Shown here: piece after piece, positions 51,412-64,000 of the stretch
Layout: each line of letters begins with the position of its first letter
Numbering within the stretch: position 1 is the first letter of the stretch
Source: Octopus vulgaris
Taxonomy: Eukaryota
Assembly (NCBI GenBank): GCA_951406725.2
Contig: OX597815.1
Span: 51,274,001-51,338,000 of the forward strand
Direction: 5' to 3'
DNA length: 64,000 nt
The notes under the pieces: generated by a model
Databases searched by the model: none
The model's input: the letters and a program-made list of their open reading frames with translations, nothing else
Told to the model about the DNA's origin: nothing
Program-made: the position numbers and the translations under genes

Positions 51412-51835
51412 AGGTGCAGGAGTGGCTGTGTGGTAAGTAGCTTGCTTGCCAACCACATGGTTCCAGGTTCATTCCAACTGCGTGGTACCTTGGGCAATTG
51501 TCTTCTACTATAGCCTCGGGCCAACCAAAGCCTTGTGAGTGGATTTGGTGGATGGAAACTAAAAGAAGCCCATCGTATATGTGTATATATATATATATGT
51601 GTGTGTGTGTGTGAGTGTATATGTTTGTGTGTCTGTGTTTGTCCCCCCAACATCACTTGACAACCGATACTGGTGTGTTTACGTCCCCTTAACATAGCAG
51701 TTCGGTAAAAGAGACCAATGGAATAAGTACTAGGCTTCCAAAGAATAAGTCTTGGGGTCGATTTGCTCGACTAAAGGTGGTGCTCCAGCATGGCCACAGT
51801 CAAATGACTGAAACAAGTAAAAGAGATAAAAGAGA
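51412..51835 (+). mobile_element. SINE family A, full-length reference copy (tRNA-derived)
   Basis: A box tggctgtgtgg, B box ggttcattcc, central (TA)/(TG) tract, 3' gactgaaacaagtaaaagag. Confidence 0.9.
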
Positions 51836-52168
51836 TATACCTGATGACCAAGGACTGTAAAAGACCAGTTCAACCCATGCCAGCATGGAAAAACAGACAT
51901 ATGATAGAGGTTGTGGTCATCATCATGATGGTGGTGGTGTTCTTGACAACACATATTTTATTATTTTTAATCAGCAGAAGTTACAATATAACTCAAAGGC
52001 CAACTGTTTGCCATTTATGAAAGACCCATGCACAAAACTCTCAGCCCTTAAATCACTTTATAACTTCTACCTTTTAAAAATAACAAGATATTATATATAC
52101 AATCCTGTATTAAGTTCTAAGAAGTGGTGCATGGTACCAGGTTTACATAATGGATGCAGTTCCAATTA

Positions 52169-52300
52169 TACAAGGAAGGTGCTGAAAAGTGCCAGTAAAA
52201 GAAAATACAAAGGGATCAATTAATTATGATTTTATTCAACATATTCCCCTCTCAGATTCACACTTATTGCAGCGGTCCTTCAGTTTTTCTAAGCCCTTTA
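52169..52300 (-). mobile_element. mariner 3'-end remnant
   Basis: TIR-like aaggaaggtgctgaaaagt; minus frame GLEKLKDRCNKC..EYVE-stop (with frameshift) resembles a mariner C-terminus. Confidence 0.6.
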
Positions 52301-52399
52301 AAAGAGTTATGTATGAAATAATTTCAAAATACTATTATTTAGTTTGACGTCATTATTACAACAATATATATATATATATATATATATGTATATCAAATG

Positions 52400-52650
52400 A
52401 TCACATGACCATGTGATGCTATTACAAATTGCTGGTCACAATGCACTTTGCATTGTATTAGCCTTCAAATGACATAACTCTGCTGGTTAGGAAGGTAGAC
52501 CAACATTTTCCCCAGATCAAAAAAGTACACTTGGAGCAACCTGAAATGAAGTGCTTTGCTCAAGAATACAACATGCTGCCTGGTCTGGGAATTGAACCCA
52601 CAATCTAGCGATCATAAGTGCAACAACCAAAACTACTAGGCTACACACCT
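52400..52650 (-). mobile_element. SINE family C-type
   Basis: ggagcaacctgaaatgaagtgctttgctcaagaatacaac ... gggaattgaaccc. Confidence 0.7.
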
Positions 52651-53451
52651 TCACATATGTGTACATATACATACATACATACATATATATATACATGCAC
52701 ACACACACACACACACAAATTAATGTACACAAACATATATTTATGTGTATGTATATATACACATACGTATTTTCACGTATATATTTATAAGCATATATAC
52801 AGATATATATGCACACACATAACAATGTGTGTGTGTGTACCACAGAGAAAAACTGTTTTCATATTAAGAGATTTTGTAGAGTATGTAAACAAATTAGGTT
52901 ACACAAGACATTCTAATAAGCATCATAAAAAGCAGAAAACACAAGACAGCCTGCCACTCAGTACCCCCATATGATAAGCCACTGCGTGTCAAAATGCACA
53001 GGGTGACAGTAGCATTGAGTCTGACCAGGGGTTTAATCAAGACTGCACAAAAAACAACTGTCATTCTCATTGCATATCATATGTTGTAGTTGTCACTGAT
53101 GCATTAAATAAACTTACTGACACTGGCTACAGCTGATTATTACATTCATAGAGAGGAATTACTCATACATAGCTATTTTGATTTAACAAGTTATACTTGC
53201 AGTGTGTGTGTGTATGCGTGTGTGTACATGTGTGTGTGTTACTACATATTTATTGATATTATAAAGTTTGTTAATGTTTTTTCTGAATTTAACCCATTAG
53301 TTACCAAATATATACTAGCAACAGAGGCAGTATTAATATTGAGGGATAATACCTATCCCCATTTATACATGGGTGTTCTGTTGGAACAAGCTATACTGTG
53401 GTAGATATCATGAGAGAAACTGTCATATGGGCCTTTGGTGCAAAATGCAAG

Positions 53452-53676
53452 CTTGTTTATATCACTAGCAGGGAGATAAATCCCTGCCATCTCCAGTGCT
53501 GCGATTACCATCATGTGATTTTGACCTCCGTTGGTCTAGTCAATGATGGACACTCGACCACGAGATAATATTTATCTCCACTTAGATGTTCTGTTAAAAC
53601 ATTTGGGGCAAAATGCACTCTTGTCTCAGTGCTGAAGATGGCAAAGATTTGTCTCCTCACTAGTGATATAAACAAG
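53452..53676. mobile_element. foldback/MITE-like element with about 50-bp imperfect inverted ends
   Basis: cttgtttatatcactagcagggagataaatc ... gatttgtctcctcactagtgatataaacaag. Confidence 0.7.
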
Positions 53677-54709
53677 AGTGGGAATTTCTCTCAAGGCATC
53701 TATCACAGTATAGTTTGTTCTAACTGAGAATGCATGTTTAAGTGAGTGTAAATATTATCTTTAGTTACCATATTTTTCTTGTAATATGTCTTTATTTCAA
53801 TCAATTATGAAAAGAAAAATAAAGAATGAAGAATGCAACAAAGTATTTTAGGCATTTTTAAGCTGATGGTTGGAACATAAATAATATGAAATTTTGATAC
53901 AAAGTTTTATTATAGATTACTTTAAAACAAAGAATTTGTGTCATAGAATCAGGAGAGCTCTCAAGAAGGTTCATATCCAATGCTGAACTCAATGGAGAAA
54001 CAGCTTTTGAGAGTAAGTCATACTGTTTTTATCTAAAATCAACATATAAATAGCTGGGATTCAAAGGCTTTCATGCTTTTCATACAAGGGTTGTAAATCC
54101 CTTAGTAAAATCTTTTACTCTACTTTTACAGTTACACTCAAGATTGTGTTGTGTCCATTTATGGATCACTGTAGTAATACATGTGTATACATGTGTGTAT
54201 GTGTGTATGAGTGTGTGTGAACATGTTTTATGATAATTATAAAACATAATTCAATTTAGAAATGGAGGAATGTAAGATGGAAGTATATGGGAATGAGTAT
54301 ATGAGAGGGAAAATGTGCAGGTAGGTGAAAAAAAAAACATCAAAGATTAGTTGTGCTTGGGAAAGAGAAAATGGCATTGTCAAAGAGAGAATGGCATTGA
54401 GAGAGAGAGAGAGTGTGAGAGAGAGAGATAGGGGTAGAGTGGAGGAGACTAGAAGAGAGGAAGTGGAAAAGAGAGTGGGAGTGATTGTGAGAGAAACAGA
54501 GTATTGTTATTTGGCTGCATTTATGAAATTCAATGACAATATATTCAGGATCAATACAAGCATTATTTGAGGTATCATTAATATGCTATGAGATGGAAAC
54601 TTCTAGAAACAAGCAGAGATCACATACTTCCTGTTATGTAAATAAACAGGTTCTAAAGCAAGTATACATAGCACACAATAATAATAAAAAAAATGGAAAT
54701 AGCTCTTAC

Positions 54710-54977
54710 CTAAAAGTTCTGCAACAGGTTTACTGAACTGTGCACCAGCTCCAACATAATATTTCAGTCGGCTAAAGTTGACGGCTACTAAGCTCTCACC
54801 AAACTTATTCACTGTAGGATCGTAGGTACCAATTTGCTCAATACATGTAGCATTTCGAGGCTTTCGTTGGGGAATCACAACAATGTGAAAAAATGGCCGG
54901 TTCCTACATCCAAAATAAGCAAATCGAATCATGAGGGGATTTCGTGTTAGCCTTCTAACTCCACTCAGTTGACCCAT
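54710..54977 (-). CDS. MRPS16: MRPS16 main coding exon (mitochondrial 28S ribosomal protein S16, bS16m)
   Basis: MGQLSG..IRFAYFGCRNRPFFHIVV..IEQIGTYDPTVNKFGESLVAVNFSRLKYYVGAGAQFSKPVAELL(G) is the S16 family signature; acceptor tttttctcttcatag directly before ATG; donor G|gtaag. Confidence 0.96.
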
Positions 54978-55315
54978 CTATGAAGAGAAAAACGAAACAA
55001 AAATACCATTTATTTGTTGTTATAACAAGATTAAATGCATAATATAATAGAAAAATATCTGACATTTTTACCTATGTATTCCCTCATTATCCATATTTTC
55101 CCCAACAAATAGTGACAAACATATTCAAACTGAACATTAATTATATTAATTCCACCAATCTAAATGAAGAAAAAAAAAGGATACTACTTCCATTTCAACC
55201 AGCTTGCAGAAAATAAAAATAATAATTTTTTTTTTTTTAACATCTAAATTTGGTATTCTGAAAGTGAGAATCTGAATAATACACACGTTACATATTTATA
55301 TATATATATCTTTAG

Positions 55316-56237
55316 ACCTTGGGCAAGTGTCTTCTACTATAGCTTCAGAGCCAACCAAAGGCTTGTGAGTGGATTTGGTTCATGGAAACTGAAATAACTC
55401 ATCATGTATGCAGGTGTGTGTGTGTGTGTGTCAGTGTTTGTCCCCCACATCACTCGACAACTGGTGTTGGTGTGTTTACATTCCCATAACTTAGTAGTTC
55501 AGCAAAAGAGACCAAAAGAATAAAAACTAGGCTTAAAAAAAGTACTGGGGTCAATTCATTTGACTAAAATTCCCCAGTATGGCTACAGTCTAATGATTAG
55601 ACAAGTAAAGCAGAAAAAAGATATGGCATGGTCACAGCCTCAAGGCTGAGACATATAAAAGAATATATATACTTTTTATCTTTTATTTGTTTCAGTCATT
55701 AGACTGTGGCTACGCTGGGGCACTACTTGGATTTTTAACCAAATGAATCAACACTAGTGCTTATTTTTTAAGCCTGGTACTTATTCTATCAGTCTCTTTT
55801 GCCGAACCGCTAAGTTATAGGGATGTAAACACACCAACACCAGTTGTCAAGTGGTGGTAGGGGGCCAAACACAGACACAAAGTGCCACACACATAGTTTC
55901 CATCTACCAAATCCATTCACAAGGCTTTGGTCAGCCCAAGGCTATAGTAGAAGACACTTGCCCAAAATACCATACAGTGGGACTGAACCTGGAATCATGT
56001 GGTTGGGGAGCAAGCTTCTTAACACACAGCCACTCATATTTTTTTTTACTTGTTTCGGTCATTTGACTGTGGCCATGCTGGAGCACCACCCGAAGTCAAA
56101 CAAATTGATCCCTGGATTTATTCTTTGTAAGCCTAGTACTTATTCTATTGGTCTCCTTTGCAGAACCACTAAGTTACAGGGATGTGAATACACCAACATC
56201 GATTGTCAAGCGATGGTGGGGGTACACAGACACACAA

Positions 56238-56288
<51 letters not shown>

Positions 56289-56650
56289 ATATATATATAT
56301 ACAATAGGCTTCTTTCAGTCTCCATCTACCAAATCTGCTCACAAGGCTTTGGTCAGCCTGAGGCTATAGTAGAAGACATTTGCCCAAGGTGCCATGCAGT
56401 GGGACTAAACCCAGAACCATGTGATTGGGAAGTAAGCTTCTTACCACACAACCACTCCTAGATACAAAGGGATACAAATCATGCATACACAATACACACA
56501 TACATACACACACATATGGGGGCACTTTCTGTTTCTGTCAAACGATTCCACTCACAAGGCTTTAGTTGGCTCTGCACTATAATAGAAAAAAAACTTGCTC
56601 ATGTTGCTACAGTGGGATTGAACCCAAAACTACATGATTTGGAAGCAAGT
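55316..56650. mobile_element. SINE family A cluster: one (+) copy 55316-55610, then (-) copies at 55680-56035, 56045-56460 and 56520-56650
   Basis: Family motifs in both orientations. Confidence 0.85.
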
Positions 56651-57679
56651 TGCTGCTGCTGCTGCTTCATCACCATCACCATCACCACCACTGCTATCAC
56701 TTTTGGAGAAGACCTGTCCAACCCATATATGCATGGGAAAAGGTGTATGATGATGATAATGATGACGACAACAGCAAAAACAATGATGATAATGAGAGGG
56801 ACATTGATGATGATACACACTTGAATGACATCAGATTGGTATTATTAAGCTACTCTACATGTTCTACCAACTGACATATTCCCATAAAAGCCCAAACATC
56901 ATTCCAAGTTAAAGACTACAAACCAGTGTTTCCAAAATAATTGCAATGTTAAAGAGAAAAAAAAAACAAAACAATGATGATAATGATAATAATGATGGCA
57001 GTGACGATAGTGACATGCAAGTCCTATTTTATTTTTACATAATTAGTAAATAGTATCAGTATTTTGTGAGCTACATAAAATTGTTAGGATGTGATGAAAT
57101 AAATTTAGCTTTCAAAAATAAGATTTTGAGTCATTGAAGACAAAGTTGTTTATTAATATTTTTCTTTTTTGCTTATTTTTCCAAAATGAATTGAGAGTCA
57201 TTTAATACATAGTGATGGGGCTTTCTATATCATTCAACCATAATTTACTGTGTATCCTTTCTAATAGCCATTACTCATTTGTGCTGAATAAAGATTGTAA
57301 TAATTTCTAAGAGACAATTAAGAGTCATTTGTCAATATGTCCAGCAAAGTTTTTTTTAGAGTGAGAGAAAAAAAAAATCATCTCAGATTTTGTGGTAGCA
57401 ATCATTCATTCATTTATTTATGCTTTTAACATGATATGGATGAACCTATGAACATGGGTTTCATCTCCATCATGAAGTTCAGCATCCTGAGATCAGGCTC
57501 TATTACTTCTTCCAATGTTTGCTTTGGTCTGTCTCTTCAACAAGTTCCTTTACTTGGACCACTTGGCTCTCTTGTATATTATGATTACTTCTCCTTATTC
57601 TCAGGTTATCTCTCAGCTCATATATGTTTTGTCTTGCATGTATGCAACATTAAAGGACTGTTTGATATACAATTCAACA

Positions 57680-58015
57680 GGGTGTGTAGCTAGGAGATCA
57701 GCAGATCGCTCCAGATCAAGATGCTACTTCTCCACATTGAAAGATTACAGCTCTGATTCTATGGACATATAAATAGAATGTTGCAGGAAAAAATTGCAAG
57801 ATAGATTCTCCAAGCCAAATCCACTGGGAAAGAGCCTTAAGAGTAGACCAAGAATGAGTTGGTTGAATAATATCCATAGGCTCAATTAGTCACACATGAG
57901 AATCCAGCCAAAAAGTCTAATTGTAGTTGCTTTTGATAGGACGTTATAGAGGATGTGCCTAAGGACTCTACCTCCACAACTCTACCAGGAATAGTGGGTG
58001 AAGAAGATGGATGAA
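57680..58015 (+). mobile_element. RTE LINE C-terminal remnant
   Basis: FYGHINRMLQEKIAR*ILQAKSTGK..SRPRMSWLNNI. Confidence 0.65.
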
Positions 58016-59283
58016 TGGATATCTTATAATCAACTCTAAGTTCATGTAAATAAGTAACATAGGATCTAACATGAAATTTGGTAAAGAATTTTCTTTTACC
58101 CCTTTTTAATGTTAAATTCAGGAGTTCAATTAACTTTCTGGCAAAAAGAAAGAAAGAAATTAAATTTGCACCATTGATATGAATATTATTTGACATCATC
58201 ACTACCTGAAAGAAGTCACTGAAATATCATAAACCAACCAGAGTAGGTTCAATTTCTGATTACAGATGTGATAGCACTAGACTTTATTGAAAAATCATAT
58301 TAGATAGGGAAAACTGGAACACTGTAAAGCCACCCTGCAGAGATAATGGTTGATGGAAAAAGTCGCTGATCTAATATTGGCACTTATTTATTGATTCTTT
58401 CGACTGCAACAGTGAAATACATACATCACTTTTGGATAATTCAACAAATACTTCTTACAACTAAGCTTGTTCTGAGTTACAACTTCAATCTCTTCCTCAA
58501 GTTGATGCTACACATACAATGAACCATACTCAGTTCCTTCCACTTTAACATCTATCAACTGATTTCAATTAATCAATTGGGATTGAGTATAAGTTCACTT
58601 GCGCTAAGCCTTATTATTTACTATTTCTTAAGGATTGAACTGCCTCTGAAATCAAACTTGTTGAAACAAGGGAACCGTTAACACTGAAGCCCTAATAATT
58701 AAACTGCCTAAATGTTTAACATATTAGATAATATCTACACCCCTAATATATCTATCTGCATACAATATTCTTGAGAATCTTTGACAAAAAAAAGGATACA
58801 TTATTAGATGTACACATCTTTGATAATTTACAAGTGAAGATGGATACACCAATTACATATACATGTTTTGCTTATGTATGTTTGTTTGCACATTGTGTCT
58901 GTAGTGTGTGTGAGTATATGTGTATCTGTGTGGGGGTATGTATACAAGTATATGTGTGCAGGTGGTGGAAGAAGGCATGATTGACGAGAACATTTGTTGG
59001 AATGTATGTATATATAACGAGTCAAACAAATAAATAAATGAATAAATAAATAGAATCTAAAAACTTAGAATGTCAGGTATGCTATGAATGATTAGAGAAA
59101 TATGATGGGACTGAGGCAGGAGTTAGGGATGTGATGTAGTTTATTAAAGCAAAAACTAAAGAACACTGATGAATGTTTGACACTCCCATCTTGCGTTCAG
59201 AAAATTTGAACTTACTAAGACTGGAATTTGAGAGGTGGGTTGTTGCAAAGTTCCACCACCAAAACAAAGCAAATGTGGGGTGG

Positions 59284-59458
<175 letters not shown>

Positions 59459-59739
59459 TATAAGTGCATATAAGTCTGAAGGACAATGAAAATAGCCACC
59501 CATGCAAAAGGAGACTAATGTTACAGTTTTAAGGAAATTGCTTTTCAAAATCCTGAAAATGAATACAAATTCTTCAACCCTTACACCAAAAAAGAAAAAC
59601 AAATACATACAAAAATAAAACAAACAATATATTACAGCAAAGAGAGACATTTTGAATCCTCAATCAAGAAATAGAGATATACCAGTTACATTACTATCAA
59701 TAACAGCAATGCAAATGAGACTACATAATAATAATAATT

Positions 59740-60390
59740 ACTATGACAAAATGCTTAGCAGTATTTCATCCGTCGCAATGTTCTGGGTTCAAATTTTACC
59801 AGGATTGACTTTGCCTTTCATCCTTTTGGAGTCAATAAGTTAAGTACCAGTGAAACTCTGAGGTTGATGTAATTGACACATCCCCTCCCCCAAAATTTCA
59901 GGCCTTGTGCCTATAGCAGAAAGGATTATTATTATTATTTCTAAGACGGCGAGCTGGCAGAATCATTAGCATGCCAGCAAAATGCTTAGCAGTGTTTCAT
60001 CCTTCTTCAGGTTCTGAGTTCAAATGCTGCCGAAGTTGATTTTGCCTTCCATCCTTTCGAGGTCGATAATTTAAGTACCAGTGAAACACTGGTGTCGATG
60101 TAATCGACTAGTTTTCTCTCCTCAAATTTTAGTCCTTGTGCCTTTAGTAGAAAAGATTATTATTATTAATCTAATTTGGTGAGTTGGCAGAATTGTTACT
60201 GTAGTGGGCTAAATGCATAGTGGCATTTCGTCCATATTTATGTTCTGAGTTCAAATTTCACTGAGGTCAACTCTGCTTTTCATCCTTAAGGGGTCGATTA
60301 TAGAAGTACCAGTTTAAGAACTGGGGTCAATGTAATCGACTTACCCTTCCCTGCAAATTGCTGGCCTTGTGCCAAAATTTGAAATCATTA
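59740..60390 (+). mobile_element. three head-to-tail SINE family B copies separated by (ATT)n
   Basis: Three repeats of gcttagc..ttctgagttcaaat..gcctttcatcc..gtaccag..ggccttgtgcc. Confidence 0.85.
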
Positions 60391-60681
60391 TTATTTCTTT
60401 TATTTGCAACAAGGCTATCAGGCAAGGCAGGGACATTAGAAGAACAGTTTGCAATTTGCATGGGAATTTACATTAAAAGATGAAAGAAAGAGAGAGGACA
60501 GGAAAGATGAGATAAAAAGAATACATGGTATACAAAATATGTAAAGACATGAATGATGCAGTCTCTCTGACACAGGAGAGCCCCACAGTGGGACTAAACC
60601 CGGAACCATGTGGTTGGGAAGCAAGTATCTTACCAGACAGCCAAACTTGTGCCTACAATATTGAAATACTTTTCAAAGATG

Positions 60682-61330
60682 TCATTTGACTGCAGCCATG
60701 CTAGGGTGCCACCTTTAAAGGGTTTTAGTCAAACAAATCAACTAATTTAGGATTTGTTTTTTAAGAACTAGTACTTATTGTATCAGTCTCTTTTGTTAAA
60801 CCGCTAAGTTACTAGGACATAAACACACCAACACTGGTTGCCAAGTGGTGGTGAGAGACGAACACAGACAAAGACACACATAGATATATATACAATACAT
60901 CTATATTCTGTATATACAACAGGCTTCTTTCTGTCTATCGAATCCACTTACAAGGCTTTGGTTGGCCTGAGTTTATAGTAGAAAACACTTGTAAGATACT
61001 ACTCAGTGGGACTGAACCTGGTCCATCTGATTGGGAAGTAAGCTTTTTACTTTCTTTCTTTATTGCCCACAAGGGGCTAAACATAGAGGGGACAAACAAG
61101 GACAGACAAGGAGATTAAGTTGACTACATTGACCCCAGTGCATAATTGGTACTTAATTTATTGACCCCAAAAGGATGAAAGGCAAAGTCGACCTCAGCAG
61201 AATTTGAACTCAGAACGTAATGGCATACTGCTAAGTATTTCGCCCAGCATGCAAATGTTTCTGCCAGCTCACCGCCTTCTTAGTAAGCTAAGAAGTAAGC
61301 TTCTTACCACATAGCCATGCCTGCACCTAC
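60682..61330 (-). mobile_element. SINE A with a nested SINE B (61051-61280)
   Basis: Duplication gaagtaagctt(t/c)ttac at 61035-61050 and 61292-61307. Confidence 0.85.
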
Positions 61331-61830
61331 AGATATTGTTTCTAAATAAGCTGCAGATACAAGTGCTAGCAGTTTACTGCTCTGTACACCAGACACTAGC
61401 AGACTTTTCGGTTCATCAGTAGTGAATGTGTAAGATTCAAGGCACTATTGTGCACTGGTCATACCTCACTTAGATGGGGTCCCACTTGCTCATTCATCTC
61501 TTTTTAACCAAATCCTGTGATTTGCCTTCACTATAGTTTGAATATTGCTCATGATGGTATTTATTTTATGTTGGCTCAGGCCTAGTGACAACAATCCTCG
61601 CTTCATGCTGCTTCCAACGAATCAAATACTAAAATAATATCAACTGGATTTGTACCTGCCAAATAAATGCTTTGTTAAACTATATAAAATAAAAGTAAGC
61701 AGTCCGTAATGTTATGAAAAGTTACATATTTTCATTTTGCTCTCGCAAATTTTATTCCTCACCACCTCCAATAACCATCACAAAAACCTTAGCCAAAGTA
61801 AAGAAATAGAAATTTACCTTTTCACAATTA

Positions 61831-61868
<38 letters not shown>

Positions 61869-62138
61869 TTCTTTTTTTCTCCTTAAATTAATATCATGCT
61901 TCATATATAGGAAGAATTTGCCAAAACCTACGGATAATTTTTATGAATACAGTACGAAAATATGTTCAATCAGTGGCAATTGAGAACTTCCTGTTACACA
62001 TGCACATTCATGCACTCACACACATATATACACACATACACACACACACGTGAATAGTCCTCAAACATATGTAGAATATAGGTATATGTACACACTCGAA
62101 TGAATGAAGATATGTGTGTATGTATGATTGTGGGTACG

Positions 62139-62173
<35 letters not shown>

Positions 62174-62499
62174 TCTATATACATACACACACACACAAAC
62201 ACCATGTACACACACCCACATAATTATGCATATCTATAAATACACATACACAAACTTAAACACATATTCACAAACACAATATATGAAAAAACACATGTAT
62301 CTGTATTTTAATATGTATGCCTTGATTTTGCAGTTAATTCCATTTTGATAATATATTTCATATATCCTTGCTTAAACCTTACCTTAGCCCTACTGAGCCA
62401 TTTTTGTTTACTTTGCATGGGATGTAGGTTCTTGATGAATGTGAAGAATATTTGCATACACACAGAAACACATATGTCAGCAGAGATATATACATACTT

Positions 62500-63000
62500 A
62501 TCATCATCATCGTTTAACATCTGTTGTCCATGTTGGTATGGGTTGGACAGTTTGACCAGAGCTGGCATGTTGGAAGGCTGCACCAGGCTCCAATCTGATT
62601 TGGCATGGTTTCTATGGGTGGATGCCCTTCCTAATTCCAATCACTTTACAGAGCGTGCTGGGGTACTTTTAAATGGCACTACACAAGCACTTTTGCATGG
62701 CACTGCACAGGCGTTTTTATGTGACACCACATAGGGGCTTTTACATGACACAGCCACAAATGTTTTACACCACTACCAGAATTGGTCTTAGCACTTCTGC
62801 TGCAGGGTACAGGTGTTGTTGAGTAAGGCCAGGCACCAGGTATCTTGGTCCTTTGTCATCTTGCCTGAAAGGTTCAGCTTCCTGAGGTCATTCTTGAGTA
62901 CTTCATCCCATGTTTTCTTGGGTTTCCACTTTGAAAGATCGGCACTTCTTCATGGAGCTGTCGACATCCATCCACATCACATAACCAAACCAACATAGTC
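62500..63000 (-). mobile_element. RTE 3' end remnant
   Basis: (ATC)n tail plus shared 3' UTR; minus frame includes KPKKTWDEVLKNDLRKLNL. Confidence 0.75.
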
Positions 63001-63005
63001 TTCTT

Positions 63006-63039
<34 letters not shown>

Positions 63040-63059
63040 CACACACACATGTGTGTGTG

Positions 63060-63360
63060 AAGGCAAGTGGCTTAGTGGTCAGGCTAATGGCACATAATCA
63101 TAAGGTCATGAGTTTGATTCCCAGTAGTGTGTCGTGTCCTTGAGCAAACTGTTTTAATTCTTATTGCTCCAATTCGCTCAGTAGGCAAATATGAATTTTA
63201 CCTGTAATTCAAAGGACCAGCCTTGTCACACTGAATCTTGCTGGGAACTATGCTGTGGGTACATGTGTTTATAGAGTGCTCAGCTAATTGGGCATTAATT
63301 TCACAAGCAGGTTGGTCAAATCAACTGGAATCTTCGTTGTCATAACCAACGAAGTACCAG
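63060..63360 (+). mobile_element. SINE family C-type (tRNA head, CORE-like box)
   Basis: ggcaagtggcttagtggtcagg ... gagtttgattccc ... gtgtccttgagcaa. Confidence 0.7.
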
Positions 63361-63570
63361 GATATACATGTGTGTGTGTGTGAGTGAGTGTGTCTGTGTA
63401 CTCACACACATTCACACCCACATGCTTTATATAGAGAAAATTGTATGTATGTTTTGATAATAGGTTGGGTGTATGATAAGTACACACTATCCACACAGGC
63501 ATAAATTAATAGCAGAAGACAGTAAGATTACTAATCTCAAGGTGAATGTTATATCAAACCAAACCAATGC

Positions 63571-63571
<1 letters not shown>

Positions 63572-63633
<62 letters not shown>
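63572..63633. repeat. (CA)n microsatellite
   Basis: Direct reading. Confidence 0.95.
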
Positions 63634-63637
<4 letters not shown>

Positions 63638-64000
63638 AGCTATTCTTTAATTTCCAGTGTTATTTTTGTACAGAAGTTAAGCAGGATGAGTTAGGCAGCA
63701 TGCCAGTGGATAGGAAATGAAGAAAAGAACTCCCAACTGCTCAAGCTGTAAGCCTATACCTCATCCATTTGGTCACTGAGACGCCTCAGAATACATAACA
63801 AAAAGCTAGATATAATAGGAAATTTTTATTCAACTATTCCAGCCAGATTATCAAACACTGTGTTTACCCTTTCGGATAAACTTGTTACAACTTCTAAGAA
63901 TATTCAATAAATGTTACATATATTATATCAAGGGTGTTTTTTAAATTTTTTCTTGCTTTTTATTAAACTATACTGACCAGATTAGCTTAGTAAATTTTGC

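Larger units (their letters stand above)
275..54709 (-). other. MRPS16: MRPS16 intron, 54,435 bp, GT-AG, phase 1
   Basis: Donor TTAG|gtaaga at 54709 and acceptor tag|GC at 275; the joined codon GGC restores the conserved LLG-LxGF motif. Confidence 0.85.

Noticed and set aside
51412-51490. tRNA gene (also heads at 15135, 35584, 43335 and 63060)
   Set aside because: A/B boxes continue into SINE bodies; no complete cloverleaf
51147-51695. 182-aa ORF (likewise the 205-aa ORF at 55844-56461)
   Set aside because: Fortuitous frames through SINE A and microsatellites
54603-54709. ORF-track C-terminus KSYFHFFYYY... of the S16 ORF
   Set aside because: Read-through past a consensus G|GTAAG donor; the conserved C-terminus is at 274-147
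61394-61424. Minus-strand CACUA-CUGAUGA-ACC-GAAA..UAGUG hammerhead-like string
   Set aside because: No room for stem II and no valid stem III or cleavage triplet

Overview
AT-rich, repeat-dense eukaryotic DNA. The SINE, RTE and microsatellite landscape looks octopus-like (inference from repeat families). The only recognisable host gene is mitochondrial ribosomal protein S16 (MRPS16) on the minus strand: a coding exon at 54977-54710 splices in phase 1 to a terminal exon at 274-147 across a 54,435-bp intron, giving about 131 aa. Most of the window is therefore one intron filled with tRNA-derived SINEs (at least three families), RTE and R4-like LINE remnants, a decayed mariner, MITEs and microsatellites. 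The most unusual object is a decayed Penelope-like element (PLE) at about 15.8-18.8 kb. Its ORF appears to contain a 2A-like NPGP motif and a Ulp1/C48 cysteine-protease domain embedded between canonical PLE motifs, alongside RT and GIY-YIG. Other items of note: hammerhead-ribozyme-like motifs at 10.6-12 kb, a SINE-derived perfect hairpin, a bipartite RTE with a structured 5' end, and a locally templated insertion. All calls are by eye; no searches were run, and repeat boundaries are approximate.
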